Origin: Holophagales bacterium
GTDB taxonomy: Bacteria > Acidobacteriota > Thermoanaerobaculia > Multivoradales > Multivoraceae
Direction: 5' to 3'
Length of the DNA stretch: 64,000 nucleotides
Assembly (NCBI GenBank): GCA_009845425.1
Contig: VXZQ01000001.1
Coordinates: forward strand, 194,363 to 258,362
The notes under the pieces were generated by a model. That model saw only the letters and a program-made list of their open reading frames with translations. It searched no databases and was not told the origin of the DNA. The translations under genes were made by a program, and so were the position numbers. Positions within the stretch are counted from its first letter, which is position 1. Each line of letters starts with the position of its first letter. Of the stretch, positions 1 to 9,404 are shown piece after piece.

Positions 1-1962
1 TGGCAGGGCTTCCGCGACGGCCGCTCGGACATCCTCGCCCGCCGCCATGACGGTTCGCGCTGGTCGGCCGAGGAGACCGTCTCGACCTCGCCCGCCAACG
101 ACTGGACACCAGCGGTCGCGGCGTGCAGCGACGGTTCCGTCCACGTCGCCTGGGACACCTACGACCAGGGCAACTACGACGTGCTGATGCGGCGCTTCGA
201 GGGCGGCGCCTGGGGCGATGTCGCGCCGGTCGCCGACACCCCGAAGTTCGAGGCTCACGTCTCGGTCGCCTGCGACCGCCGCAACCGGCTCTGGGCGGCC
301 TGGAACGAGAGCGGTTTCCAGTGGGGCAAGGACTCGGGCTTCGAGATCTACAAGGAGGCGACCCGCCTCTACGAATGGCGCACCCTCGCCGTGGCGGTGT
401 GGGACGGCGTCCGCTGGCAGGTGCCCGAAGTCGACGTGAACGAGCTGCTCGAACGGGAGCTCCCCGAGTACATCCCGGGATTCAACGACCTGCCGGTGCT
501 CCGGGTCGACGCCGGCGGGCGGATGTGGCTCTTCTTCCGCCACCGCACGATCCGAGCCCGCGACACGCCGGACTTCACGCCGGCCCACCGGGCCGCCTGG
601 CAGATCTTCGGCACCGCCTACGTCGGCGGCGAATGGACCCGGCCGCTCCACCTGCCGTTCAGCCGCGGCCGCCAGGACGTGCGCTGGGAGCTGGCCTCGG
701 ACGGCCGCGGCAACCTGTTCGCGGCCTGGCCGACGGACAACCGGGACTCCGAGGAGTACCTCTTCGAACACTCCTCGATCAACGCGGCGAAGCTGCCGGC
801 GCTGACCGGCGAGGCCACGCCGCCCCGGCTCGTCGACCCGGACATCCGCGAGTACCACACCTATCCGGTCCATCCCAACGAAGCCGAGGATGTCGCCCGT
901 ATCCGTGCCTACACGATCGAGTCCGAAGGCCGCACTTACCGCATCTACCGCGGCGACACCCACCGCCACACCGAGTTCTCGCACGACGGCCTGAACGACG
1001 GCTCGTTGATGGAGGCTTACCGCTACGCCCTGGACGCCGCCGAACTCGACTTCCTCGGCGTCAGCGAGCACAACAACCGCGGCGGCCAGGACATCGAGTA
1101 CGTCAACTGGCTGCACCCGCAGATCGCCGACATCTTCCGCCTGCCGGGGAGCTTCGTGCCGGTCTACACCTACGAACGCAGCATCAGCTATCCGGACGGC
1201 CACCGGAACATCCTCTCGTCCAGGCGCGGCATCCCGACCCTGGAGATCACGGAGGCCGAACGACGGCACGAGGAGGGCGCGGCGCGGCTGTTCGCGTACC
1301 TCCGGGAGCACGACGCGATCTCGATCCCCCACACCTCGGCAACCGGCATGGGGACCGACTGGCGCGACAACGACCCCGAGGTGGAACCTCTCGTCGAGAT
1401 CTACCAGGGCGACCGGACTTCAGCCGAGTACGAGGGCGCTCCCCGGGCCGCCACCCGCGAGAAACCGATCGGCCAGCAGGGCGGCTTCCAGCCCGCCGGT
1501 TTCGTCTGGAACGCCTGGGCGAAGGGCTACAAGCTCGGCGTGCAGGCCGCGTCTGACCACATCTCGACCCACATCTCCTACGCCGCCACCATCGCCGAGG
1601 ACTTCACCGCCGGAGGCCTGCTCGACGCGATGAAGCAGCGGCACTCCTACGCCGCGACGGACAACATCATCCTCGACTACCGGATGCGCGCGAACGGCCG
1701 GGAGTACCTGCAGGGCGACATCGCCGAGGTCTCGGGGCGATTCGAGCTGGTCGTCAAGGTGATCGGCACCGCCCGCATCGAGCAGATCGACATCATCCGC
1801 GACCAGACCTTCCTCTACAACCGCCAGAACCTCGACCAGGAAGTGGACCTGACCTTCGTCGACAGCGACGTCGAGCCCGGCGAGCACTACTACTATGTGC
1901 GGGTGATCCAGAAGAACCGGGAGATCGCCTGGTCGTCGCCGATCTGGGTGACGGTCGAGTAG
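1..1962 (+). CDS. DUF3604-family (PHP-like metal-dependent phosphoesterase fold) protein with N-terminal BNR/sialidase-like repeats; 5' end lies outside the window
   Basis: Frame 1 is open from nt 1 and is the same frame as the listed ORF 181..1962. The translation has BNR-like S-x-D-x-G-x-W repeats (SxDGSVHVAWD), His-rich metal-site motifs (GDTHRHTEFSHDG, GVSEHNN) and the C-terminal '...EIAWSSPIWV' signature. That signature is shared with the C-terminus of the DUF3604 domain in the gene at 27545..31012 (EMAWTSPIWY). TAG stop at 1960-1962. Confidence 0.7.
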   Translation, partial: WQGFRDGRSDILARRHDGSRWSAEETVSTSPANDWTPAVAACSDGSVHVAWDTYDQGNYDVLMRRFEGGAWGDVAPVADTPKFEAHVSVACDRRNRLWAAWNESGFQWGKDSGFEIYKEATRLYEWRTLAVAVWDGVRWQVPEVDVNELLERELPEYIPGFNDLPVLRVDAGGRMWLFFRHRTIRARDTPDFTPAHRAAWQIFGTAYVGGEWTRPLHLPFSRGRQDVRWELASDGRGNLFAAWPTDNRDSEEYLFEHSSINAAKLPALTGEATPPRLVDPDIREYHTYPVHPNEAEDVARIRAYTIESEGRTYRIYRGDTHRHTEFSHDGLNDGSLMEAYRYALDAAELDFLGVSEHNNRGGQDIEYVNWLHPQIADIFRLPGSFVPVYTYERSISYPDGHRNILSSRRGIPTLEITEAERRHEEGAARLFAYLREHDAISIPHTSATGMGTDWRDNDPEVEPLVEIYQGDRTSAEYEGAPRAATREKPIGQQGGFQPAGFVWNAWAKGYKLGVQAASDHISTHISYAATIAEDFTAGGLLDAMKQRHSYAATDNIILDYRMRANGREYLQGDIAEVSGRFELVVKVIGTARIEQIDIIRDQTFLYNRQNLDQEVDLTFVDSDVEPGEHYYYVRVIQKNREIAWSSPIWVTVE

Positions 1963-1965
1963 CGG

Positions 1966-2721
1966 ATGGACGCAGTCTGGGTCCTGGTTTCGGCCGCGGT
2001 CGGCATCGGCTTCGTCCACACGCTGATCGGCATCGACCACACGCTGCCGTTCGTCGTCCTCGGCAAGGCGCGCGGATGGTCGTTGCGCCGAACGCTCTGG
2101 GTCACCGGACTGTGCGGAGGTGGGCACGTGGCCTCGTCGGTTCTGCTCGGCGGCGCCGGCATCGGGCTGGCCATCTTCGCGACCGGGCTGGACCTCCAGG
2201 AAGGGCACCACTGGATGGAGGGCCGCGTCGGCGTCTTCGAATCGATCGAGGCGGTCCGCGGCGACCTGGCGGCGTGGGCGCTCGTCCTGTTCGGTCTGTT
2301 GTACGCGGCGTGGTCCATGGCGCGCAGACGCCGGCAGCAGCGGCACGTCCACGAGCACGCCGGCGGGGTCGTCCATGCCCACGAGCATCCGGCGGCCGGC
2401 AGCCATCGCCACGCTCCCGGCGAAACCGTCGGCATTACCGGTCTCACCGCCTGGAGCCTGTTCGTCATCTTCGTGCTCGGGCCCTGCGAGCCGCTAATTC
2501 CGATCCTCATGGTGCCGGCCTTCCAGGTCGGCCTGTGGGCGGTGGTTCCGGTGACGCTGGCGTTCGCCGTGACGACGATCGCGACGATGGCTGGCGTCGT
2601 GGCGCTCGCCTACCGGGGCCTCGACTTCGTGCGGTTCCCCCGGCTACGGGCGCACGCGCACGCGCTCAGCGGGCTCGCGATCGCGAGTTCGGGCCTCGCC
2701 ATCCTGCTGTTCGCGGTCTAG
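1966..2721 (+). CDS. putative Ni/Co/Zn-type metal efflux permease (RcnA/NicO-like) with His-rich central loop
   Basis: ATG starts 4 nt after the upstream stop. The protein is polytopic: about six hydrophobic helices, split by a cytoplasmic loop RQQRHVHEHAGGVVHAHEHPAAGSHRHAPGE, with an HTLIGIDH motif in helix 1. This architecture is typical of RcnA-like Ni/Co efflux proteins, but the family assignment is an inference. Confidence 0.5.
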   Translation: MDAVWVLVSAAVGIGFVHTLIGIDHTLPFVVLGKARGWSLRRTLWVTGLCGGGHVASSVLLGGAGIGLAIFATGLDLQEGHHWMEGRVGVFESIEAVRGDLAAWALVLFGLLYAAWSMARRRRQQRHVHEHAGGVVHAHEHPAAGSHRHAPGETVGITGLTAWSLFVIFVLGPCEPLIPILMVPAFQVGLWAVVPVTLAFAVTTIATMAGVVALAYRGLDFVRFPRLRAHAHALSGLAIASSGLAILLFAV

Positions 2722-2734
2722 GACGCGCCGTCTA

Positions 2735-5700
2735 ATGGGCGCACACTTCCACGACGACGGGCACGGCCACTCGCACGGCCACGGGCTGCTGCAGCGGATC
2801 GGCTACATCGCGCTGTGCGTCGCGGTCGGCGTCCTGCTCCTGCTGTACCTGCTCGGGGTCGTCCGCACGGTCGCCGGCATCGACCTGGCGCTCATCCTCA
2901 CCCTGGTCGCCGGCTATCCGCTCATCCGCCACGCGATCCTGGACCTGCTCCAGGGACACTTCTCGTCGCACCTGACGATCGCGATCGCGGCCGGCGCGGC
3001 GGTGTGGATCGGCGAGTACTTCGCCGCCGCCGAGGTCATGTTCATCATGCTGATCGGCGAGGGGATCGAGCACTGGACGGTGGACCGCGCCAAGGGCGCG
3101 ATCGCCGGCTTCGTCGCCAGCCAGCCCGAGCAGGCGCGGGTGCTGCGCGACGGCACCGGGGAAACCGCGGAACTCGTGGCGCTCGGCGAGGTCGAGATCG
3201 GGGACCTGGTGCGGGTGCTCGCCGGCGAGCGCGTGCCGGTGGACGGGATGATCGAGCGCGGCGAGTCGTCCGTCGACCAGAGCAGCGTCACCGGCGAACC
3301 GTTGCCGGCGCAGCTCGGCGTCGGCGACGCGGTGTGGAGCGGCAGCCTGAACGAGTACGGCGTCCTCGACATCCGCTCCGAGCGGACCGGCAGCGACACG
3401 ACCGTCGCCCGGATCGCGAGTCTGATCGAGGACGCGCAGAGTCGCCGCGCCCGGGTCGTGCGTACTGCGGACAAACTGGCCCGGTTCTTCCTCCCCGCGG
3501 TGCTGGTCGCGGCCGGCGGGATCTACCTCTTCACCGGCGAGATGATGCGCACGGTGGCGGCGCTGATCGTGGCCTGTCCCTGCGCCCTAGTGCTGGCCAC
3601 GCCGGCGGCCATGGCTTCCGCGATCGCCCGGCTGGCCCGCGAGGGCGCGCTGGTCAAGGGCGGCGACGTGATCGAGTCGCTGTCGCGCATCGACGCCTGC
3701 GTGCTGGACAAGACGGGTACCCTCACCTGCGGGCGCCCCGCGCTGACCGCGATCGCGCCCGTCGGCGGCATGGCAGAGGATCGCCTGCTTCGAGCCGCCG
3801 CGAGCGCCGAGCTGACTTCCGAGCACCTGCTCGGCCGGGCCCTGGTCACCGAGGCCCGGGAGCGGCAGCTAGACCTTTCCGAGCCCGAGAACTTCAGGCT
3901 CCATCCGGGCCGCGGCGTGACGGCCACCGTCGATGGGCACGAGATCGCAGTGGGCAACCAGGCCTTGCTGGCGGAGGTCGTCGGCGAGGACGGGATGGAC
4001 GCCGTGGCCGCGAGCCTCGTGCCCACACCCGGCAGCGGCGAAACGCGGCTGGCCGTCGCCGTCGACGGCGCGCTGGCCGGCGCGCTCGCCCTTGCCGACC
4101 CGCTCCGCGATGAAGCGACCGAAGCGGTCGCCGACCTGCGTCAGGCCGGGGTCGATCCGATCGTCATGCTGACCGGCGACGCCGAGGGAACGGCGCGCAC
4201 GATCGGCCGCCGGGCCGGCATCGACCAGGTCCAGGCGGAACTGCTGCCCGAAGACAAGGTAGGCCGGCTCGGTGAGCTCTCCCGCGGCGACCGCAACGTC
4301 CTGATGGTCGGCGACGGGATCAACGACGCGCCGTCGCTCGCCGCTGCTTCCGTCGGCGTCGCGATCGGGCACGGCGCCGCCGACCTCTCGGCGGAAGCGG
4401 CCCAGGTCGTCCTGCTGCCCGACCGGCTCGACTACCTGGCGCCGCTGCTCCGCTACGCCCGCCGGGTCGTCGCCCGGATCCGGAGCAGCATCCTGATCTT
4501 CGCCTTCGGCATCAACTTCGTCGCCGTCGGCTTCGCCGCCTTCGGCTGGCTGCCTCCAGCCGCGGCGGCGATCGTCCACCAGGCCGCGTCGCTGCTCGTC
4601 ATCCTGAACTGCGTCCGCCTTCTCTACGAGGGACGGGCGGTGGCCGCGCGCGAAGACCGGGGCTTCGGCCGCTTCCGCATGCTGGCCGGTCCCGTCGACG
4701 GGCTGGTCGCCGCCTGGAAGGCGTTCAACGCCGGCCGCCGCGCGACGGTTCATCGCCTCGAACACGCGCTCGAGGACAGTCCCGCCCGCATCCGGTCGGC
4801 GGCCCCCCGGCTGCTGCGGGCGGCGCCGTTCGCGCTCGCCGCGATCTGGGCCGCGAGCGGCCTGCGCATGATCGATCCCCAGGAAGTGGGACTCGTCCAG
4901 CGCTTCGGCCAGCACCTCGGCGGCGAACTCGGCCCGGGCCTGCACCTGCGCTGGCCGTGGCCTGTCGATCGGGTGATTCGGGTCGAACCGGACCGCCTGC
5001 GGATGGCGGCAGTCGGCTCGCCGCGAGGAGCCGCTCCCGGCGAGGCCGGCGCAGAGCCGAGCTACGAGTGGAACGTGCGCCACGCCGGCTTCGACGAGAC
5101 GCCGCCGCTCGAACGCCTGATGCTGACCGGCGACGAGAACCTGGTCGAGGTCGCGGCCCGGATCCACTACCGGGTCGCCGACACCGCCGCATTCGCCTTC
5201 GCCGCGGCCGATCCCGCGCGACTGGTCGAAACGAGCGCCGAGCGGTCGCTGCGCACCGTGCTCGCCGGCCACTCGCTCGACGACGTGCTGACCGGCCAGC
5301 GCGACGGCATCGAGAAGGCCTGGCACACGCATCTCGCGGCGCTGCTCGAGAGCCTCGGCGCCGGCGTCGAGGTGGTGAACGCGACGGTTCAGGACGCCCA
5401 CCCGCCGCTCGACGTGGTCGACGCGTTCCGCGACGCGGCGAGCGCGCTCGAGGAGCGGGAGACCCTGATCGACGAGGCGGAAGGCTACGCGCTCGAGCGC
5501 CTGCCGATTGCCCGCGGCGAGGCCCGCCGGCAGCTCCTCGAAGCCGAGGCCTATCAGACCCGGCGCGTGGAGGCCGGCCGCGGCGAGAGCGAACGTTTCG
5601 CAATGCGCGCCGGAGCGTACCGACGCGCGAACGACCTGCACCGGTTCCGGCTCCAGCTTCAGACGATCGAAGATTCGCTTGCCGGCAAACCGAAACTGAT

Positions 5701-5815
5701 CACCGACGCGACCGGCGGCCGCAAGCGCTTCGTCTTCGTCGACGAAACGCCGGACCGCCTTCTCGATGTCTTCGTTCCTCCACCGGGTCCGGCCCAGAAC
5801 GAGGTTGACCAATGA
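2735..5815 (+). CDS. P1B-type heavy-metal translocating ATPase fused in frame to a C-terminal HflK-like SPFH (band-7) domain; His-rich N-terminus
   Basis: N-terminus MGAHFHDDGHGHSHGHG. The ATPase part has the CPC transmembrane motif (ACPCAL), DKTGTLT phosphorylation site, TGD and GDGINDAP motifs and a final TM helix. With no stop codon, the frame continues through a new TM helix (LLRAAPFALAAIWAASGL) into an SPFH domain with HflK hallmarks (LTGDENLVEV..., AFRDAASALEERETLIDEAEGYALERLPIARGEA...). Total length 1026 aa. Its TGA overlaps the next ATG (ATGA). Confidence 0.8.
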   Translation: MGAHFHDDGHGHSHGHGLLQRIGYIALCVAVGVLLLLYLLGVVRTVAGIDLALILTLVAGYPLIRHAILDLLQGHFSSHLTIAIAAGAAVWIGEYFAAAEVMFIMLIGEGIEHWTVDRAKGAIAGFVASQPEQARVLRDGTGETAELVALGEVEIGDLVRVLAGERVPVDGMIERGESSVDQSSVTGEPLPAQLGVGDAVWSGSLNEYGVLDIRSERTGSDTTVARIASLIEDAQSRRARVVRTADKLARFFLPAVLVAAGGIYLFTGEMMRTVAALIVACPCALVLATPAAMASAIARLAREGALVKGGDVIESLSRIDACVLDKTGTLTCGRPALTAIAPVGGMAEDRLLRAAASAELTSEHLLGRALVTEARERQLDLSEPENFRLHPGRGVTATVDGHEIAVGNQALLAEVVGEDGMDAVAASLVPTPGSGETRLAVAVDGALAGALALADPLRDEATEAVADLRQAGVDPIVMLTGDAEGTARTIGRRAGIDQVQAELLPEDKVGRLGELSRGDRNVLMVGDGINDAPSLAAASVGVAIGHGAADLSAEAAQVVLLPDRLDYLAPLLRYARRVVARIRSSILIFAFGINFVAVGFAAFGWLPPAAAAIVHQAASLLVILNCVRLLYEGRAVAAREDRGFGRFRMLAGPVDGLVAAWKAFNAGRRATVHRLEHALEDSPARIRSAAPRLLRAAPFALAAIWAASGLRMIDPQEVGLVQRFGQHLGGELGPGLHLRWPWPVDRVIRVEPDRLRMAAVGSPRGAAPGEAGAEPSYEWNVRHAGFDETPPLERLMLTGDENLVEVAARIHYRVADTAAFAFAAADPARLVETSAERSLRTVLAGHSLDDVLTGQRDGIEKAWHTHLAALLESLGAGVEVVNATVQDAHPPLDVVDAFRDAASALEERETLIDEAEGYALERLPIARGEARRQLLEAEAYQTRRVEAGRGESERFAMRAGAYRRANDLHRFRLQLQTIEDSLAGKPKLITDATGGRKRFVFVDETPDRLLDVFVPPPGPAQNEVDQ

Positions 5816-6783
5816 CCGATCACGACCATCATCAACACCACGACCACCACGGTCACCACCACGACGACGTGCACCGGCATGACGGCGGCGACGGGCACGA
5901 GCACTCGCCGCGCCGTGCCACGTCCTGGTGGCGCGCCGGCCTGGCCTTGCTGGCGATCGTTGCGCTGGCCCGGTCCGTCTTCGTCGTGCCGGAGACCGAA
6001 AGCGCGATCGTCACCCGCTTCGGCAAGCCGGTCCGAACCATCGAGAGTTCGGGACTCAAGCTGAAGTGGCCGATCGACCGGCGGCTTCGTTTCGACAACC
6101 GGGTGCTTCTCTACGATCCCGCCCCGGCCGAGTTCCTGACCCAGGACAAGAAGAACCTGGTCGTCGACACCGCGGTCGTCTGGCGGATTGCCGACCCGGC
6201 GCGGTTCCTGGAGACGATCGGCGACATCTCGGGCGCCGAGATGCGGCTTCACGACGTGGTCTGGGCCGGCCTCGCGGCCGCGCTCGGCCGCACGGAACTC
6301 TCGCAGCTCGTCTCCACGAAGCCGAAGCATCTCCGCATCGAGGAGGTCTCGGCCGAGGTCCGCGAGTCGGCGGTCGCCGTCTCCCTCCCCCAGCTCGGGG
6401 TCGAAATCCTCGAAGTCCAGCTCACCCGCCTGAGCTTCCCGGAGCAGAACCTCGAGTCCGTCTTCGCCCGCATGCGGGCGGAGCGCGAACGGATCGCGAA
6501 GGAGTACCGGGCCCAAGGCGAGGAACAGGCGATGATCATTCGCGCCGAGGCCGACCGGGACCGGGAGTTGATCCTGGCCGGCGCCTACCGTGAGGCCGAG
6601 ATCCTCCGCGGCCAGGGCGACGCCGAGGCGGCCGGCATCTACGGCGACGCCTACCGGCAGGACCCTTCCCTCTACCGCTTCCTGCGTACTCTCGAGTCCT
6701 ACGAGTCGATCCTCGACGACCAGACGACGGTCATCCTGTCGGCGGACTCGGAACTCTTCTCGCTGCTGGGCGGCTCCGAATGA
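5812..6783 (+). CDS. hflC: HflC-like SPFH-domain membrane protein with His-rich N-terminal tail
   Basis: N-terminus MTDHDHHQHHDHHGHHHDDVHRHDGGDGHEH, then a TM helix. The rest gives a strong HflC-like alignment by eye (VFVVPETESAIVTRFGK, LTQDKKNLVVDTAVVWRI, RMRAERERIAKEYRAQGEEQA...RGQGDAEAAGIYGDAYRQDPSLYRFLRTLESYES). ATGA overlap at both ends. Confidence 0.8.
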   Translation: MTDHDHHQHHDHHGHHHDDVHRHDGGDGHEHSPRRATSWWRAGLALLAIVALARSVFVVPETESAIVTRFGKPVRTIESSGLKLKWPIDRRLRFDNRVLLYDPAPAEFLTQDKKNLVVDTAVVWRIADPARFLETIGDISGAEMRLHDVVWAGLAAALGRTELSQLVSTKPKHLRIEEVSAEVRESAVAVSLPQLGVEILEVQLTRLSFPEQNLESVFARMRAERERIAKEYRAQGEEQAMIIRAEADRDRELILAGAYREAEILRGQGDAEAAGIYGDAYRQDPSLYRFLRTLESYESILDDQTTVILSADSELFSLLGGSE

Positions 6784-7712
6784 GGCGTCGCGCTATCCCG
6801 GCCGCGGCGCTGACCCTGGCGCTCATGTGGCTGGTCTGGGGCGTCTACTTCGTCGCCCCGGACGAGGAGGCGGTGACCCGCGTCCTGGGCAAGGCGCGCC
6901 CGACCGCGGCGGGGCCTGGCCTGCACTGGAACTGGCCGCGGCCCGTCGGCCGGGTGGACAAGCTGAAGGTGCGCGAAGCCAAGCGGCTGACGCTCGGCTT
7001 CGCGGCGGCCGACCGGGTGCTCGGCGGCGACGCGACGCCGGCCGAGGCGCGCTGGTTGACCGGCGACCGCAACGTCGTCCATGTGCGGCTCGTCGTCCTG
7101 TACGCGATCCACGATCCGCTCGCCTACTCGCTGCGCTTCGCCGGCGTCGAGTCGCTGCTCGAGACCAGCGGGCGCAGCGCGCTGCTCCGGGTGGTCGCCG
7201 GCATGGGTGTCGACGAACTGCTGACGACCGGCAAGGTGGCCGTGCAGCAAAGCGTCCAGGCCGCTTCGCAGGAGCTGTTCGATCGGTTCGGGACCGGCGT
7301 CACCGTCCTTTCCGCGAGTCTCGAAGGCGTCAGCCCGCCGAGTCTCGTCCGGGAGGCATTCAACGACGTCGCCAGCGCTCGCGAGGACCGCGACCGCCTG
7401 ATCCGCGAGGCGGAGAGCTACCGCAACGAGGTCGTACCGGTCGCGCGCGGCGAGGCGCGCGCCCTCGTCGCCGGGGCCGAGAGCTTCCGAACCGCCGAAG
7501 TCGAGCGCGCGACCGGCGAAGCCGACCGGTTCCGCTCGATCGCGAACGCCGACCAGGGGGCGCGCGCCGAGATCCGCACACGCACCTATCTCGAGACGAT
7601 GGAGCGGGTCCTGCCCCGCATGCGGAAGACGATCCTTGAACCCGGTCAGAGCACGATCGACATCGACTTCCTCCGCCGCGAGCTGACGACCGGGTCGAAC
7701 GGCCAACCGTGA
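6780..7712 (+). CDS. hflK: HflK-like SPFH-domain membrane protein (second HflK paralog in the operon)
   Basis: N-terminal TM helix, then LTGDRNVVHVRLVVLYAI... and AFNDVASAREDRDRLIREAESYRNEVVPVARGEA, which matches the HflK signature region. ATG overlaps the upstream TGA. Confidence 0.8.
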   Translation: MRRRAIPAAALTLALMWLVWGVYFVAPDEEAVTRVLGKARPTAAGPGLHWNWPRPVGRVDKLKVREAKRLTLGFAAADRVLGGDATPAEARWLTGDRNVVHVRLVVLYAIHDPLAYSLRFAGVESLLETSGRSALLRVVAGMGVDELLTTGKVAVQQSVQAASQELFDRFGTGVTVLSASLEGVSPPSLVREAFNDVASAREDRDRLIREAESYRNEVVPVARGEARALVAGAESFRTAEVERATGEADRFRSIANADQGARAEIRTRTYLETMERVLPRMRKTILEPGQSTIDIDFLRRELTTGSNGQP

Positions 7713-8188
7713 GGTTAAGCCGCAACCTCGGCGCGACCGCGCTGACCGTCGTGGTGCTCGCGGCCGGACTCGCCGTGGCGCTGCGCGACCGCCTGCCGGA
7801 GCGCGCCACGGATGCGGGTGATCCGAGCGACGTGTTCTGGGAGATGGTCGACGTCAGCCGCGAGGGCTCGACGGATGCCTATCTCGATCTCTTCGCCGGC
7901 GAGGTGCGCGAGCGACTGGAGACGGTACGCGACGAGATGGGCGAGGCCGCGTTCCAGCAGTATCTCCGCCAGCGGATCGCCGACCTCAAGGGGGTCGCCG
8001 TGACCGGCAGTGAAGATCTGGGCGGCACCGTGCGTCTCGAGGTCGAGTACGTCCGCGAGGCGAGCTACGAGACACAGAGCCTCGACCTGCGGGTCTCCCG
8101 CGGGCAGTGGCGCATCGTCGCCCTCGGACCGACGCACGAGCGCGAACCGCCGGTTCCCTACGGCACGCCGGTCGGCCCCGGCGACTGA
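7709..8188 (+). CDS. hypothetical membrane-anchored/secreted protein, last gene of the metal/SPFH operon
   Basis: ATGA overlap with the hflK-like stop. N-terminal hydrophobic segment ATALTVVVLAAGLAVAL. Codon usage is consistent with neighbouring genes. No recognisable domain. Confidence 0.45.
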   Translation: MRLSRNLGATALTVVVLAAGLAVALRDRLPERATDAGDPSDVFWEMVDVSREGSTDAYLDLFAGEVRERLETVRDEMGEAAFQQYLRQRIADLKGVAVTGSEDLGGTVRLEVEYVREASYETQSLDLRVSRGQWRIVALGPTHEREPPVPYGTPVGPGD

Positions 8189-8206
8189 CGGCGGGAGAAA
8201 GAAACG

Positions 8207-9400
8207 ATGAGAAAGCTCGTCATCGCTCTTCTCGGGCTCTTTCGCCGGATCTCGCTGGCGGTCCGAAAGCTCCGCGGCCAGTCCGAGGACGATGTCGCGG
8301 CGCAACGGGTCACGAGCGGCCGCGCCTGGGACGAGTTCTGCGACACGCTGAAGGCCGCCGGTGCATCGCTGAACTTCCCGGGAACTCCCCGTGACTCCTT
8401 CAACCAGGCCGAAGGCTACCGCTACCTGAGCCGGCTGACGCGGGCTGGTCTGATGGCCTTCGTCGAGCACGCGGACCCGCGCGCGCCCGTGCTGCACCGG
8501 GTCGCGAACGAGACGGTCAAGCTCGGCTCCGACAACCCGGACAACCACTACCTGACGGCCGCGCTCTCCGGCGCCTACGAGTACCGGATCACCGGACGCC
8601 GGAACACCGTCGCCTACCTGGGCTTCGGCACCCAGGCCGGCCACTACGGCGAGGGCGGCGGCCTGCCGCCGACCGGCTACATCGAGGCCGCGGAACTCGA
8701 GATGGACGACGACGGCCAGTTCGAACTCGTCCTCGGTTGCGAGCAGCAGGAAGGCAACTGGCTGCCGATGAAGCCCGACACGGGAATGCTCATCGTGCGC
8801 CAGACCTTCCTCGACCGGCGCACCGAGATCCCGGCCGAACTGCACATCGAGCGGATCAACTGCGCTCCCGAGGAGAAGCGCCCCGCGCCCCTGACGCCGA
8901 CTCAGGTCGACGTGGGGCTGCGCTCGGCGAGCACCCTGGTCGCCGGCGCCTCGCTGCTGTTCGCGAAGTGGGCGCGCGACTTCCAGAAGCACTCGAACAG
9001 GCTGCCCCGCTTCGACCAGGAGACGTCGAACCAGGCCGGCGGCGACCCGAACATCGCCTACTACCACTCGCACTGGCGACTCGCCGGGGACGAGGCGCTG
9101 GTCATCGAGGCCACACCGCCCGAGTGCGAACACTGGAACTTCCAGCTCAACAACTACTGGATGGAGTCGCTCGACTACCGCTACCACACGATCCACACGA
9201 ACAAGCACCTGGCGCAGTACGAGCCTGACGGCTCGGTGCGCCTGATCGTGGCCCACGAGGATCCGGGGCTGCCGAACTGGCTCGACACCGCCGGGCACAC
9301 CTCCGGCACGATGTGCTTCCGCTGGATCCGCGCCGAGGCGCACCCGGAGCCCGGGACGCGGGTCGTCAAGCTGGCCGAACTCTCGGCACTACGCCGCTGA
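8207..9400 (+). CDS. hypothetical protein (possibly DUF1214/DUF1254-like)
   Basis: 397-aa ORF with an RBS-like gggagaaag upstream. Balanced composition, not Arg/Ala artifact-like. Family guess only. Confidence 0.55.
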   Translation: MRKLVIALLGLFRRISLAVRKLRGQSEDDVAAQRVTSGRAWDEFCDTLKAAGASLNFPGTPRDSFNQAEGYRYLSRLTRAGLMAFVEHADPRAPVLHRVANETVKLGSDNPDNHYLTAALSGAYEYRITGRRNTVAYLGFGTQAGHYGEGGGLPPTGYIEAAELEMDDDGQFELVLGCEQQEGNWLPMKPDTGMLIVRQTFLDRRTEIPAELHIERINCAPEEKRPAPLTPTQVDVGLRSASTLVAGASLLFAKWARDFQKHSNRLPRFDQETSNQAGGDPNIAYYHSHWRLAGDEALVIEATPPECEHWNFQLNNYWMESLDYRYHTIHTNKHLAQYEPDGSVRLIVAHEDPGLPNWLDTAGHTSGTMCFRWIRAEAHPEPGTRVVKLAELSALRR

Positions 9401-9404
9401 CCCG

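Noticed and set aside
123-1556. 477-aa ORF in frame +3 at the window start
   Set aside because: Proline/arginine-rich nonsense. Frame +1 (1..1962) carries recognisable BNR repeats and DUF3604 metal-site motifs and ends at a proper stop followed 4 nt later by the next gene.
3869-5812. 647-aa ORF antisense to the ATPase-SPFH gene, and similar antisense ORFs at 43003..45600, 7715..9343 and 9366..11249
   Set aside because: All are antisense to genes with strong motif support. They have biased R/A/G/P composition, no motifs and no RBS. They are typical high-GC shadow ORFs.
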